Assembly: GCF_009914755.1 (NCBI RefSeq)
Contig: NC_060946.1
Length of the DNA stretch: 64,000 bases
Origin: the human T2T-CHM13v2.0 reference genome, Homo sapiens
Direction: 5' to 3' (one strand)
Below the pieces are notes generated by a model. That model was not told the DNA's origin and made no database searches. It saw only the letters and a list, made by a program, of their open reading frames with translations. Positions 43,350-59,187 of the stretch are shown one piece after another. Every line of letters starts with the position of its first letter. Position 1 is the stretch's first letter. The translations under genes and the position numbers were made by a program.

Positions 43350-44205
43350 ACCATGCACCCTGTTTGTCAACACCAAACTCGAAGTATACCTGATGTCATC
43401 CCTTCCTTTACCATCTTCCTACCTGTATCCAATCTGTAGCTCAACCATTTCAAACTTGAGAAATTTCTCTCATGCATCCATTCTGCTCATTCTCCATAAT
43501 AACCACTCTAGGTCAAACCACGGCCAAACCCATCAGTTCAGTTCAATATTTTGATGGGTCCCTAATGTGTCTGCATATTTCCACTTCCCCCTTCTACTAT
43601 CTGTTCTCTATAAAGCAAAGAGAGTAATCACCAAAAAAAGAAAAAGAAAAAGAAAACAGGAAAGGAATTACATCAGGTCACTGCCCTAGATAAATCTTCC
43701 AGAAGCTTCTCAATACTTGTGCAAGAAAGCTCACACCCCATATTCTGACCCCCTAACTCTAAATGTATGTATAACCTCATGTCATGCATCCCTCACTTAC
43801 TATGCTCCAGCCACCATGGACTTCTGTTACTCATACACACTGAACATTCTCCTGTGAGAAGGCCTTGTCATGTGTTCTTTTGGTTGCCTGGAATTCTCTT
43901 GTCATCTTCTCCTCTTTCAGGCCTGAGCTTAATTTCCTCAAAGTGGCCTTTCTTGATCCCACCTTATCTCACTTCATCTTCAATCTCTTTTAAAAATCCT
44001 CAGTCTGATTTTTCTTCATAGCGTTTATTATAATATATCAATATCTTGTCTATTTATGTGATTACTAACTTATACTGAGGAGAGCCTTTTGAAGAATATC
44101 TCAATAGGCTGAGTTTCTACTCCTTTGTCCTCATCCCTCAATTCCCAGCACTTGGCACAGGTTCGAGTACAACAAACACTTACTGGCTGGATAATGAACT
44201 GCATA
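43350..44205 (+). mobile_element. L2 fragment
   Basis: tatgctccagccaccatgg...cccagcacttggcacagg...ataatgaa (L2 3' end). Confidence 0.65.
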
Positions 44206-47200
44206 TAAGATAAAATCAAACAAACCTTGGGGAATTGCAGGCATGTTCCCTTACTCTTGTACTCTTATGCTTAAAGTGAAAATATATTCATGTTATATAA
44301 TAAAAATATGTCCAGCTATATTGGTACAAAAAAGGGTTATTTTTTTTTTCCTTATCCCATGTTGGTTTGGGTTTTCCAGTAACCTAAAATGCAAATTTAT
44401 ATGCTGAAAGTTTATTAAGAAACACCCTTGGGATTAAAAGGAAGCAATATTGGGCAGAGGAAGGTTAGCTGTGATGCAATCTCAACACATTCTTCAACCA
44501 AACTTGTAGAGTTCTTCAGAGGTGTCTGAATTGGGACATGGAGGGTGGGCTTCTGTACCTCACACATCAGTCAGTCACTGTGTAAAGGCTTCCCTGTAAA
44601 GGAACATGACCGCGGGAATTTCTACAACCAAGAAATTTCCCATAGAAGGCTGACAGCTAAGGGCTCTCTGCCACAGTTCTCCCACCAGCTAGGAAAATCA
44701 GTCCTTCATTCATAAAGGATGTGCAAGACAATATATCACAGAGGCCAGTGTAATCATGTTGCAATTATCTTCAAGTCATCATTGAAACAGAGTGGCTGTT
44801 TTCTCCTACCAGCCATGTTAGCTCACAAATATATTTAATAACAATATAAAGTGATAGATAAAAATCTGGGGCGATAATGGGAAAACCTTGTTATACTCCT
44901 GGGGTTGTTGTTAAATATTTAGGTAATAGAGGTAATACATAGATAAATGTTTAGACCATGGGCCCATCTAAAAAATTAAAATGCTCAGATTGGCTGAATT
45001 TTAATCCAATGAAGTACTATTTTTAAGACTCTCGATGCAGACAGATCTATTTTGTCTGTAGTTAGCTTAATTAAATTGTTATCTCCTTTTTATTATTTTA
45101 TTGTATTTGTAGCTAGCAATCCATTATTGAAGGAGAAAATACAACTCTTGAGAATGTGGTGGTATTTCCTATTTACAGATTATCCTCCCCTGAGTGGCAG
45201 CAAAATGAACTAAAATATTCACCAAATCAAGAAAACAACTTTACTAAGAAACAAGGAAATAAAATAATCTCATATAAACTTCAAAAATAATGACCAAATA
45301 CTATTCACTTGGACACATGAGAAAGCAAAAGTTGGATTTGGAAACCTTTGTTAGTGACCTCATGCTTCTCCCTAGATGTTTTTAAGATTCTCTCTTAAAC
45401 TTTGATACTTAATAAATTTCCTAAAATTTGTCAGAGTAATTGTTTATTAGGCTTCATTTCAGAATACTTGATGTCAAAAGACAAATGAAAAGATGTTGGC
45501 AAAGTCTTTATATAAGAACAAAATATTCTATGCCAAGTGCAGTTGACATTTATATATTCCCAGATCATAGAAAAACATTGCTTAATAAAAATAAAAATCT
45601 GGAAGTCTATTACCCATGTACCCCTCTCCCTCAAAGTGTCCACTAGAAGATGACTTTATTTTGATAGAGCAAAATAAATAACTCACAACAAATGTGTTAG
45701 GATGAAAGTATTGATGTTAATATTGTATTAGTAAATAGAATTAAGTCCCTTTTTAAAGAAAAATTATACTTAGAGGTATAAAACAGGATATAAGATGACA
45801 GGCTCAATAATCTGTGGTCAAGACTTCAGTATGTATTTACACCCAATTAAGGGGCAAAGAAGAGGTATATGTAAAGCTTTCTTCACTTTACAAATAACGA
45901 TCATTCATATGATGAAACTGAGAAATGTGCATTTAAACATATGATTGAAAAGTGTAAAACTTATTAAAATTATATTTAAAATCCTATAATCTTTTAAAAT
46001 TACTGGGAAATAGCAAAAAATATGGCATAGCAATAAAACAATATGACAAATATGGAGTCAAATAAAATAGAAAGAAACTATTAAAAATGGGGGAAAAGTC
46101 TTCATATGTCAGAAATTGAAAAAGTACTTATTACAACCAAAAATTGGGGGAAAACATGAAAAACAGATCATTAAAGTGTGTTATGAAAACACAAAAGCAC
46201 ACACAACACACAGCAAGTATATACTATAGACCCAGTAAGAGTACCTAAAGCAGAAAGTAAAATGATAGCAAAAAATATAACCTGGCAAAGAAACAAGAGA
46301 AGAAACTAGGAACTGAAATTGTAGTATCAGAGTTAGGAAATCTTAATATTGAAAGATATAGTTTATAATAAATATATAATATTTAGAAATCTTTATGTCC
46401 CAAATACATAAAATTTGGACAAATTCAAGGAATGCAAAGTGAAATAAGCATGACCGTGCAGAGAGACTTGAAATCGCCTCTGACAAAGTAAAAAGTCCTG
46501 TAAATAAAGTAGAAATGATCCTGTAATAATAACATCAGTAAGAATGACCAGGTAGCTATATAGTAAAATCTATACTTCATAGGATCTATATTTCCTAAGT
46601 ATTCATAGCATAATTATGAAAATTACTGCTGTGTTAGGCCACAAAAACATCAATAATTTCCTGAATAAGTAAAAACATTTGTAGAACATACAGGATTATG
46701 ATGTATTCAGTAAGAGCACATTTCTGTTTATGCCCACAAATTTACATAGGGAGGAGATGGCCACTCGGGCTCACGACCTGTTGTGTCTTTATGGGTTACA
46801 GTTACTGTAACTTCGCTGATGACATAGGCTATGATGCTTGACCAAGGCCAAATAGGAGCAAAGGAAAATAAGGTGTCTTAGGGAACCAATTGTAAGAACT
46901 GGAAAAGAATAAATTTGTTAATGAATTATCTGCCACAAAAGCTGGATGGAGAAGAAATGTTAGTTTGATATATGCAAAACAACTGACACCACAATCCCTT
47001 CTAGTCCAACCATCCTACTGGCAGGGTGTGTACTGGGGAAATGAACATCAAGTGAATTCAAAGAATTTGACTAAATGAACACTGGGAGCTATTCTGCAAC
47101 ACGGAGCCCTCTTGATTAAACGGAACCACAGGAAGGAAAATTTCTCTTCTAGACACCATTGTGGCACAGCAGAAACTCTGGATCATAGTACGTAGAGTTA

Positions 47201-50200
47201 CAAGACACAGTTATCGTTTGTGACTCAGGTTGGCCCATCTATTCTGCCTAAAATAGTTTTCAGAGGAGGTGACATCAAGACTTTTTTTGTGGCAATTATA
47301 GCAAGTTCTGAAATTTTGAATGATAAACTTATGTGGAAAAAAATTTTTAAACTGTGCTTATTACTGGGAAAATTAAATTTTATTTTTTTAAATTACACAA
47401 CACAGAAGAAAATCATTAGTAATCAGTATTTTACATTTAATGAAAAGGCATTAGCAGAAACTAAAAAGTTAATTTTTACTGGAATTGAGAAGAAATGAAA
47501 CCTAATACCTTAGTCATTAATCAAGAATAAATTGGGAGAGTCCAAAAGTGTTACTCTGACTTTTTAGTTCAATCTCAGTGGCTTTGAATATTTACTTTCA
47601 ATGAAGACAAGCCAGTTCATGGATATAAAAGGAGTTTATTAAACAAATGTCACTTTAATTTGTTCCTGGAATATATTATGTGAGCTTCTGGTGGCTGATT
47701 CATCCTGCTTATTATGTTTTATTCATGCTAAAATTAAGAAGAGTTTCATTTTATAGGACACTAAAGGTTGGTAGTTGGGGGAACCGTAATGCGTAGCAGG
47801 TGGCAGGGAAAGCCGGTGAAGAATTAAGAAAGAGGCACTTAATGTTTAATGAAAACCAAAACTGTTGATAATTATAAAAGGACTCGGTCATATTTAAAAA
47901 TGTATATTTCACTTAAAAACATTTCCTCAATTAATTTATTATGACCTTTAAACTTTGGTTCCAGGTTAAATGATCAGCTCTCACCTGGGTACACTCAGCA
48001 TAACCTCTATACTTGATGAGTAAAATGCTCCTATTAAATGTCATTCTCACTCTATAAACATCTTTCGAAATAATTCTTTATTTATATAACTCTCCACCCA
48101 TCAACTCTTAAGAATGTCTTATTCATCTTTCTATCTACAGTGTAAATACGCAAAGACTGTATACGCAAACAGTAACTTAAAAGTCTACAGTTCAGAGTTG
48201 TACTTTGTAACTTAATGTATTGCCACATAGAACCCAATTTTTAATATGCTCATCAGTTTTGCCTCCTCACTGTTAGAATTCAGAATTTATTATTTTGTGA
48301 ATAACAAAGTGTGTCCTGGCTTTAACAACCTTGAAATTTTTGAACCATGTCGAGTGGTACCTGGAGCAGAAACAACTATTTAACAGCCATATATTATTTC
48401 AGTTTAGCAAGAGGTGGACACAAATTCAAATGTAAGAAATAGCATTCCTTGGTTTTATGAAAAGTGCAAAAAAATCAATCGTTTCTTTACATATATGTGA
48501 AGCAAATATGACCCACTATCTTGAGAGAAACTAGAATATCCTGATTGCGGATACTTTAATCCAAAAATCCAGCTGTGAAGGAAATTCAAATTGCTGTTCA
48601 ATTGTTTTAAAAGAGTTATGGTTCTATAGATACTGCAACTTCTTTGGGGAAAGTGTTTGTGTTCTCATGTGGTAGTAGATATGATGAACTATGGGTGGTT
48701 CTCAAGCACTTGTAAAGTACGGTCATTAGTTAGAAATAAGGAATGAGGAGAAAGAGCACTGGAGACAAGACATATAGCATTGATCGTCCTTCTCAGGTAG
48801 AGAGATTGTAAGAAAATGAACCCCAGCATGGCAAAGTTCCACCAGGCCTGGATGTTTGATGTACTAGACATGGTCTCATTAAATGAGTATGATTTCACAG
48901 GTTTGTGGCCTTGCCAGTTGGGATATGGTTGTAGTGTGTAGAGTAAGATTTACCTTAAAGACAGATCATATTTTCTTCTTTAAATCATTTTAAGAAAAGA
49001 CTGATCCCCAGAAAGGAGATGAGAATCAGGGAGGAAGGACTTTGACGAGCAGAAAAACAGGTTTTCAACTTTGTTTAGCCTCAAATGGTAGTGCCCCAAG
49101 AATTTCAAACCCTTTAATTAGTAAAGTTAATCTCAACCCTGCCAGATGAAGTAGTATTTTAATTCAGCATAGCAACTTCTTAGTAAACATCCACTCACTT
49201 CATTTACTGAGTAAAATGGTCCTATTAAATACACTCTTACAGCAATATGTACCTGGATTCTAAGCTTTGTTCTCAACTAAGTTCAAATGATTGCTTAGTA
49301 TCTGGGTCCCCAATTAGACTGTAGATACTTTTCAAAGAAAACACTAAAACCAGAAATACTTTTTAAAAATAACCATAGCTACTTAATTAATGTGTTAATC
49401 TCTGTTAGTTTGTTTGATGGATTATATTTGCAAGTAGTACTTGTAATTAGCAAAAGGTCTTCAGAAGACATCTGTTAACTGCATATTTCTGTAACAGAAT
49501 TGTGTGTTTTAAGAATTTTCCTCTATAGTCCAAATGTTTTTTAATAATGTTTTGCCCATATCTTTATACAAAAATTTCCCCCTATGAAATCTTATAAAGC
49601 TAAGGTAATCCATTATGAAATGAAATCAATATGAGATTGGGTCATGATAAATCTGAGATGAAGGGGCAGGTTTCTGTCAGTTAAGTGCTTAACCTTTCTA
49701 CCCTCCATGACTCCCTGAAGCTATTTTTCACTTAAAAGCATCACTAACCTAGTAATTAAGCAATGATAATATAAGATGTATTGAACTACTTGTAGAGGCT
49801 TACAATCTTTTGTCTTTACTTATCTGATTTTTAGTATTATAGAAACATCAACGAAAAAGTCTTCAACAAACACGTTAATATCATTTCTTTAAAGATGGCA
49901 ATATTTTAATGATGATAATATTAATAAGAGACATTATTACAAACAGCATTTTAACTTCCAAAACATTAAAAATGTTGCCTGTGTCTTACCATTTTTAATC
50001 TTATAGCACCTCTATGAGATTTGGAAGACACCTATTCTTGCTGTGCAGTAATTTCAAGTTCACTTAGAAGAAATGGCTCAATAATGCTGATTCATTCTGC
50101 ATCTCCATTCTATGCTTTCTAGTTTAAGGCATTATCAAAAAGTATTAAGTATTCACTTAAATAAAATATTTTACTGGTTTGAAATAATGAAAGGGATAAA

Positions 50201-50834
50201 TATCTGTCACTCTCATCTTACAATAAATAGAGGAGGACAAAGCAAATATGATCATGAAAGATTATTGCATGCTTCTTTGAAAGTATCAAGCAATCTGCTA
50301 GAACATTCCTCAAAGAACTCTAAGGTTAACATGAACTGGTTAAGTCATTCATTCATGCATTCATCTTTTCAAGAAGTATGTTTAAGTATCCACTAAAAAG
50401 AGTCAGACATCAGACTAATTAAAATATGAACTCAGCAACTGCCCCTTCTTTCAGATTATGTTATGCAAAAGTGCTTTTTCATTGAAATGAAGGGATGTTA
50501 ATTTGAATCATGTTTGACAATATCTAGAATACTGAGCTTGAGAAACATTAAAATAACCACTTAGGAAGACCGTTTCTTTTTTTAGTTTTTATAAACCTGA
50601 CTAGAAAAACTCAATAACATTTTAAAAATAGACTTCAGACATGAGTAATTGCAACCTTGCCACTTAAAAGTAGAATGCTCTCAGGAAAGTTGCTTAACTT
50701 CTTTGAAGTTCAATTTTCCATGTGTAAGCAGATTAAAAATACCTGTCTCTTAGGTTGTGGTAAAGATTAAATGAAGTATATGTAAGATTCTAAATACACA
50801 GATTTAGTATATAAAACTACCTTGATAATTAGTT

Positions 50835-51372
50835 TTTTGTTTCCTGGTTATCTATTGATGTATATTAGCCACCTTAAAATTTGTGGCATAAAATAGCATA
50901 CATTTTAGGATGCTCATAGTTCTGAGGGTCAGGAGTATAGATGGGGTACAGAGAGGAAGGTAATCTGCCCACAAACTCTGGGGCCTCAGCTGGGAAGACC
51001 TAAGTAGGTGGAATTGTCTAGAGTTGTCTTCATTAACTTGCCTGGTCCCTAGGTTGGAATCACTCAAAGGCTAGAACTATAAACAGGAACACCTATATGT
51101 ATTCTCTTTGTGTGGTTTGGGCTTCCTACAGCATGACTGTTGTGTCCCAGTAGCACACACCCAAGACAAACCACTCCAGGAGCAAACATTCCAGGATAAC
51201 CAGTTGGAAGCTGCATGGTCTTTTATGACTTAGTCTCAGATGACAGGCTGTGTCACTTTCTTCTCAGCCAGCTCAAGTCTGCTGAGATTTCCACGGGTAG
51301 GCAACATAGACCATTGATAAAAGGAAAAAAGTTCTAAAAAATTTGTGGAGGCTATTTTATAAAAACCACCAA
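50835..51372 (-). mobile_element. MLT1 (H/I-like) LTR
   Basis: gctcatagttctgagggtcaggagt...gaagctgcatggtcttttatgacttagtctcaga. Confidence 0.7.
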
Positions 51373-54300
51373 AACATGCTGACTGTTGGCAGTACTTGCT
51401 GAACTAGGGAGTATTCTGGAACTATGTGAGGACATCTTCATTGTAAGAAGTTGGATCAAGACATCCTAGGTAATGTGATTCCTGATTTTGAGCTAGTTAG
51501 GAGTGATTACAAGCTGCTTTAAAAGGGAAGTCGTTTGCTCTTTAGGTGGAGATGTTTTGCATTTTATTTTCAGTACGTTTTTTCCATTGGAATTTTGGGT
51601 AGTAAAAATTAATTTTGTTTATATTATGTGACTGTACATGGGGTCTTTCTTAGCATCTACCACATGTACTTCTATAAATAATTTGTAAGAAACTAAGTAC
51701 TGCTCAGTGAATGTCACTATCAATTTCTTTAATGTTCACCATGTTAGAATGCCAAATATTGTGCTAAAACATAAAAATACATTTTCAAATCTTAACAATT
51801 CAGTTAGCACAATAAAATTATGCATTCCATGTAACACATGTCACCTTTTTTTTATTTCTTAGGAAAAAAATATGAAACTTTCATATTTAAAAATATTTAC
51901 CTAAAGTATCATTGAATAAAATCCTTGCTATACATTTTTAAGTATAATTTGAAAATTACTTATTTCAAATTCATCATCTTATTTCAATTTCATCATCTTT
52001 TAATTATTTTATGCTTGTATCATGGCAAACTAGTTGACTTCCTTCTGAAAGCCACATTTGGTGTGATTGGCTAGTTCCGTCCCACACTCCAGTGATAGGA
52101 AAAGGCTCGAATGATGAGCATATGGTGCAAGTGTCACCAACTGCTGAAGAGAACTTCTGGATGTCTTAGACTTTTCTGCTTGGAATGTAAAGCTGCTACT
52201 ACATGATACAAAGTAGTAGCTAAATAATCCCTTTCTTCTTTTTATTTTACTCTTGCTCCTTGTCTCTGCCTCCCTTTATCTGTTTTGTCCTGTTTGGATT
52301 TGTTTTGATTCTATCTGAAATAGTGGTAAACAGCTGTCATCTTTTTCAAGGACTGTCACTTTCTGTCAATTTGGTAATGTAAGAAAGTATGAGACTGATG
52401 AAATTTTTTAACCTGACATGACTAATCATGGCTTTCCTCTGATCATTAGCTTCTAAAAGCAACAGGACTTCTTGTTTGGATTAATTAGAATGTCATGTTA
52501 ATATGCTGAAATGCCCAGCAGCAAATCACTTTGATGTTGACCATTGTTGTTGAAGGTGAGTGGGGACAGCAGTGGAGAGTGGTGAGGGGTGCCTAGACCT
52601 TAATGCTTTACTAAAGATATTAAAGCCAGAAAATAAGTTTCCTAAATTATTCATTTATTCTGACTCAACCTGCTGTTTGAAAATGGCATTTGATCTGATA
52701 TTTTATTCCCTAGGTTTTCTCAGACAAAGGACACAGGAATTGCTCCTGTTCAGGCTGCTTCTTCTCTTTTGTTCACAATTCTGAGTTTGCTTATTTGAGA
52801 AGTGTGGGTTACAGCTTATATGAGAATTAAGATTATACGTATCTTTTTTCTAAAGGCTAACATCCTACAAAAAAAACATTTTAAAATATGCATTAAATTT
52901 CTCCTTAGAATTTGACTATAGCAACACGGTTTACGTCACAGTGCTATGTGATCATGAAGTTTACCAATAGCAATATTCAGTAGGTGCCACTTTGCTAGAG
53001 GATATTCCTTTTCCTTTGGGGATATACCCAGTATTGGGGTAGCTGGATGAAATTAAAAGATATATTTTAAATAATATGTGTTAGTGTGTGTATGATATTT
53101 TAAATCTAGAAAGTTAGATGTATTGTCTCGTCTTAAAATCTGCCAAAAGAGCCAAGCTTTAATTTGAGAAAAAAATATAACACATCACATTCTATATTGC
53201 TTACTATATCCTGGCACTGGTCAAAACATTTTACATATATATCAACTTATTTAACAGAACAAGGATCATAAGCTTTCAACAACAGCTAAATAATTTTAAC
53301 AACCAAGCAGCTGATATGGAAATAACTGTTTATAGATGGAACTACTGAGTTTACTCACAGAAGTAAATGTTTGCCAGCTATTGGTTTGGTGAAAGCATAG
53401 CTGTGATATGACACTTGTGTGAAGGAATAAAAGGTACTTGCATTTGGAAATGAATGTAAGGATACTGAAGCGTCATTGAGTTTTTCACTGGCATTATAAT
53501 TTTTTTCAAGTGTCTGACCATAATACTATGCATGCTTCTTTTTATAATCTCTCTTCTCACTCTACCACCATAATGTTAGCAGAAGGAGTGTGGGTGAATC
53601 TATCTCCTGCTACCAAATCAACTGAAAGAGTTACATCTGGCTACCTACCACAAATTAGAAATTCAGTAGAAAGAAGCTTAATCTGATGGCTCCACCATGA
53701 AAATTAACAGGTTAAGAAGGTGTATGTACTTCTGTGTATCTGTCATAAATAATGACAAAATGCTTTGAAATATCTACCAAAGGAAAATACAATTAATTTA
53801 TGATTGGGATACTTTATTTATATTAATATAATTATTTTAAGCAGCATTATTTGATACAAATCAATTATAAATAGAAATCAAAGTAAAATAAAATATTCCT
53901 ATGAGGAAAATAAAATATGATTAGATTTCTTGACATAAACTGCACTTCATACATAGCCCATTTTTAATCATAATAAGAATGTAGGTTTAGTCAAAACTTT
54001 AACCATGTTAAAACTTAATTCTACCAACTGATTTGTGAGATATTGAGCGTAAGGCTGCCTCAGTGTGTACATATTCCCAATCAATCCACTTTAAACAGTC
54101 TTCATTTTTACTCATAAAATCATGAGGATTACTGTAACATTTTCAACCTAAAAGGCATAAACCTCAAAATAATAACCCATTTATTTAAAAAATTTTAATT
54201 GCAAAATAAGTTTAAAGTATAATAGAGATAAAATATCTCATCAAATACTGAGCCTATAGATTATGAAATATTGATGCATAGTCCTTAGAATAGTATTATA

Positions 54301-54505
54301 AAGAGATCACCGTGACTAGCAGGCATGCATTCTGTGCTCAATCCTTGGCATCACATACCAGCTTTAGTTACTGAATAAGAGTTAGCTGTGACACACCCAA
54401 CAGACAATCAATACTCTTTAATAGCAACCATTATAGATTCCATGTCTTAAACAAAATCATCTATAAATATGTTCGCTAGTGAGGCTTTTAAAAAGCCAAA
54501 CCATT

Positions 54506-55029
<524 letters not shown>

Positions 55030-58000
55030 TTAAATTACATCATCTTTCTCTCATTTCTCTACTTCTCCATCAGTAAAATGGTCATAATCCCAGTACCTAC
55101 CTCTCTGAAACATCATGAGATTACATTGAGTTAAAAATGCAGGAATTTTAAAATACTACTACTTTGTTAGCTGTTAATGATAGCTAAAATGATAGCTCAA
55201 TTTTGAGCGGTGGTAGTTTTTCTCAAACGAATTCATTCTATTAGAAAAATAAATATCCACGTAAAGCAAAACCAGACTTGGAAGAAATATCGAAAGCAGG
55301 TAACTGATTGTTTAACTCGAATGCCTAAACATCCTTATCCCAATGCCTAAATTCAAGTCAAATTGCAGGATACATTTTTCTTTCTACCTGTGCTTCCTGT
55401 CTCCCTTCCTTCTTTCCCCATTCATGTATGACGTATGTCCCCATTTTGATGAAGTAAACATTTTGTGCCTCAATTTTTCATTTTAAAAACCTAGAAATTT
55501 TTAACTTTTTGTATAAAATTTAATATGGAGTTGAAGGTGGGCTAGTAACAACAATATTAGGGGGTTATTTTCTATTATCTCATCTTTCACTTTTTAAAAG
55601 AAGGCCCAGAACTAATCAGGCTCTAAGAAATTTGCGTTACTGAAAATATATACAAATTTGGGAAAGATAACTTAATTAGAAGATTGTTGATTTGCATTGA
55701 GAAACAACCACCATAAGATCCAAAATGCCTGAGCATTCTGTTCCCTGCCAAATTGTAATCTCTTAGCTTTGTCCACCATAATTGTCAAAGCACAAGGAAT
55801 TTTAGACTCTGTTTTTGAAAATGTCCAAGGTACTCACCTTTTCAAAAAACAAAAAAAAGTCTGAGCTCCTACTGTTGATTTAAATTCTTTTATAAATCTC
55901 TATCAAACTTTTCATGTTTACAGTTCTTATGCAATTATAAAACAAATCCAATACATGTATAACCACACAATCAATAAATTAAAATTAGTAATTTATATCA
56001 AATGATAAATAATGTAGTTTTGTTGGAATTAATTTGACAATGTTTGATTCAGTTACAAACAGAGATATAACTAAATGTGTTTAAAATATTAAAAGATGAA
56101 TTACTATCAATTGTTTTGAATTTTAAACTAAAAATCAGTAGTTACTATAAAATTATTATTAAATGTTCTAATAATTGTACAGAATCCAGAGCAACTCTTT
56201 TCCCAGTTTACCGTATAGTAATGTGTGCTTAGATCAGTGTTATATTAGATAGCATGCTGTAGGAAAGACAGGATGGGCATTCATTAAACTAGCTATGATT
56301 TAATTTGTCTGCTGTCATTTTGTTACTATAATCCAGGGACTACCTACTCCTTAACTTCTCAAATCTGTTTTCTCACCTATAAATAATAATTGCTACCTGA
56401 AAAAAATTGTGGGGCATATGAGATTTAATTAACATATGTTAATCATAGCACATGTCCTAGTATTTAGTAGATATTTAGTAATTATTAGTCAAAGCCAATT
56501 TATTTTCCTTTGGATTAATAAAGATTTAAATATTTGCCATAGGTTGCATTATGCAATTATATTTACCCAAAATTTTGAGGAAATATAATTTTTTACAACG
56601 TTCCCATATTTCTAGAAAAAGAAAAGGTAGCTTTTTAGAAATGGCACTAACATAATTGGTAGTTTTTCTTGATGAATATTTCTGAGAGAGATTACAGAAG
56701 TTATATATTAAAAATAAATAACTTTAAGTAAAAGCCATGATCTGCCTTGCAGTGCTCAAGTAAGTTCTTTCATATAGTCACAATGATTTATTTTCTCATG
56801 ACAGAACTTTATAATGAAACTATCTTACTCTTGGAGATTTTAATAGTTTTTCAGCCTTAGAACTGTGGACATTGATTAATAACAGCAAAATGATATTGAG
56901 TAAATAGTAATGCAAAAAGGATTAGATTGTACATCCAGTATCATAAGAATCAGAAAGCTTATCCAATGTAAGTTTTACTAATTATTCAAAGGAAACAATT
57001 AATCATGAGACAAAGAACAAACAAAAATGGGTCCAAGACGACCAACATAACTCTCTAGGCCTTTTCTTACGCTGTGAGCATACACCTGGCACAGATTAAA
57101 ATATGAAGTTCTCCAGAACACATATGGAGTCACATCACATACACAGGAGGAGTAATTTTTGGTATAAAATATAGTCATTTGTCTTCGGATAATCATGCCT
57201 CATAAATCTTTGAAATGCATGGCTGTTTGCTATTGACAAGGCTAGAAAATCAGGCATATCTTGCCAAAAGTATTTCCAAGGTAAGAACTCTCCCACCAGC
57301 AAATATCACCTATTTGTTTGCCAGGATGACAGTCATTATTTTAGTCTCCAGGCACCAAATTCTGATTAAAGGAGAAAATGTATTTTATGCTTGCTGTTTA
57401 ATTATTTCCTTTCTAGGATTATAAGATAAAAACAAAATTTGGCAAATAGTGGGCCCATTAACTGAATGAAGAGTGAAGTGTGAGGCTGTTGATAAATTGT
57501 GACCACTTGAATAGAGCAGAGTCAGGACCAATAACAGAGTAAAGATCAAGATACACCTGCACACAAGGCAAGTAGGCAACCAGGAATTGACATCATGCCA
57601 GAAAAGGAAGTTGAGACAAAGAAGTATATCTAAGCAGGCAGTAAATAAGAAAAACTAGAAGAACATAGGCATAGAAAGGAAAAAAAATCAAAGGATTTGA
57701 AGGAGTCAGACTGTAGGTCTAGGTAGAGTCAGAAATCATTCAAGCCATCAGGGCATCGATGGCACCATAAGCAGCCATCCGTCGCTCTATATTCTCCAAG
57801 AGCAGAGGCCCGTATCAAGCAGGTGGGAGCAGATGTGCAGTCATTGCAACCTGGGAAGGAAGCTGTCTACGTGAAAACTGTACCTTTATGCCAAACCTTT
57901 CAACCAAATATTACACAATCAATAACCAAAAGGCTATACAATATAGTGACAATAACCAATTAAAGAGAGCTTGAGGAGCTAAAAACAAAATATTCCTCAG

Positions 58001-58153
58001 TTGCTTCCTCCTGCTACTTGTTCCTTGCTCTTTATTTTATGCCTATATTTAACTCCCCACCTGCTTTTTTGGTAAGATTTTAATGTCATTCATAGAACTT
58101 TATTCATTATTTGATGTTGGTAGTAGATCCAACTTCTCTACTCTTCATTTTCT

Positions 58154-59140
58154 TTTTTATATGGATTTTTTTATTTCCAACTTTTAAGTTTAAGTGTACA
58201 TGTGCAGATGTGCAGGTTTATTACATAGGTACATGTGTGTCATGGGGGTTTGCTGCACAGATCATCCCATCACCTAAGTATTAAGCTCAGCATGCATTAG
58301 CTATTTTTCCTGATTCTCTCCCTCCTCCTGCCCCCCACTAACAGACCCTAGTGTGTGTTGTTCCTCATCCCACGTGTCCATGTGTTCTCATCATTTAGCT
58401 CCCACTTATAAGTGAGAACATGCAGTGTTTGGTTTTCTGTTCCTGCATTAGTTTGATAAGGATAATGGCCTCCAACTTCATCCATGTCCTCACAAAGGAC
58501 ATGATCTGGTTTGTTTTTACAGCTGCATAATATTTCATGGTGTATATGTATGACATTTTCTTCATCCAGTCTATCATTGATGGACATTTAATTCTGTGAC
58601 TTTGTTATTGTGAATAGTGCTGCAATGATATACTTGTGCATGTGCCTTTATAATAGAATAATTTATATTCCTTTGGGAATTACCCAGTAATGGGATTGCT
58701 AGGTTGAACGGCATTTCTGACTTTATGTCTTTGAGTGATTGCCACACCGTCATCCACAATGGTTGAATTAATTTATGCTTCCAACAACAGTGTAAAAGAG
58801 TTCCTTTTTCTCCACAATCTCACTAGCATCTGTTATTTTTGACTTTTTAATAATTGCCATTCTGACCGGTGTTAAATGGTATCTCATTGTGGTTTTGATT
58901 TGCATTTCTCCAATGATGACTAATGAGCTTTTTTACATATATTTGTTGGCCACATGTATGTCTTCTTTTGAGAAGTGTCTGTTCATGTCCTTTGCCCACT
59001 TTTTAATGAGGTTATTTGTCTTTTCTTGTAAATTTGCTTGAGTTCTTTATAGATGCTGGATATTAGACTTTTGCTAGATGGATTGATGGCAAAAATTTTC
59101 TCCCTTTCTGTAGGTTGTCTGTTTACTTTGTTGATAGTTG

Positions 59141-59187
<47 letters not shown>

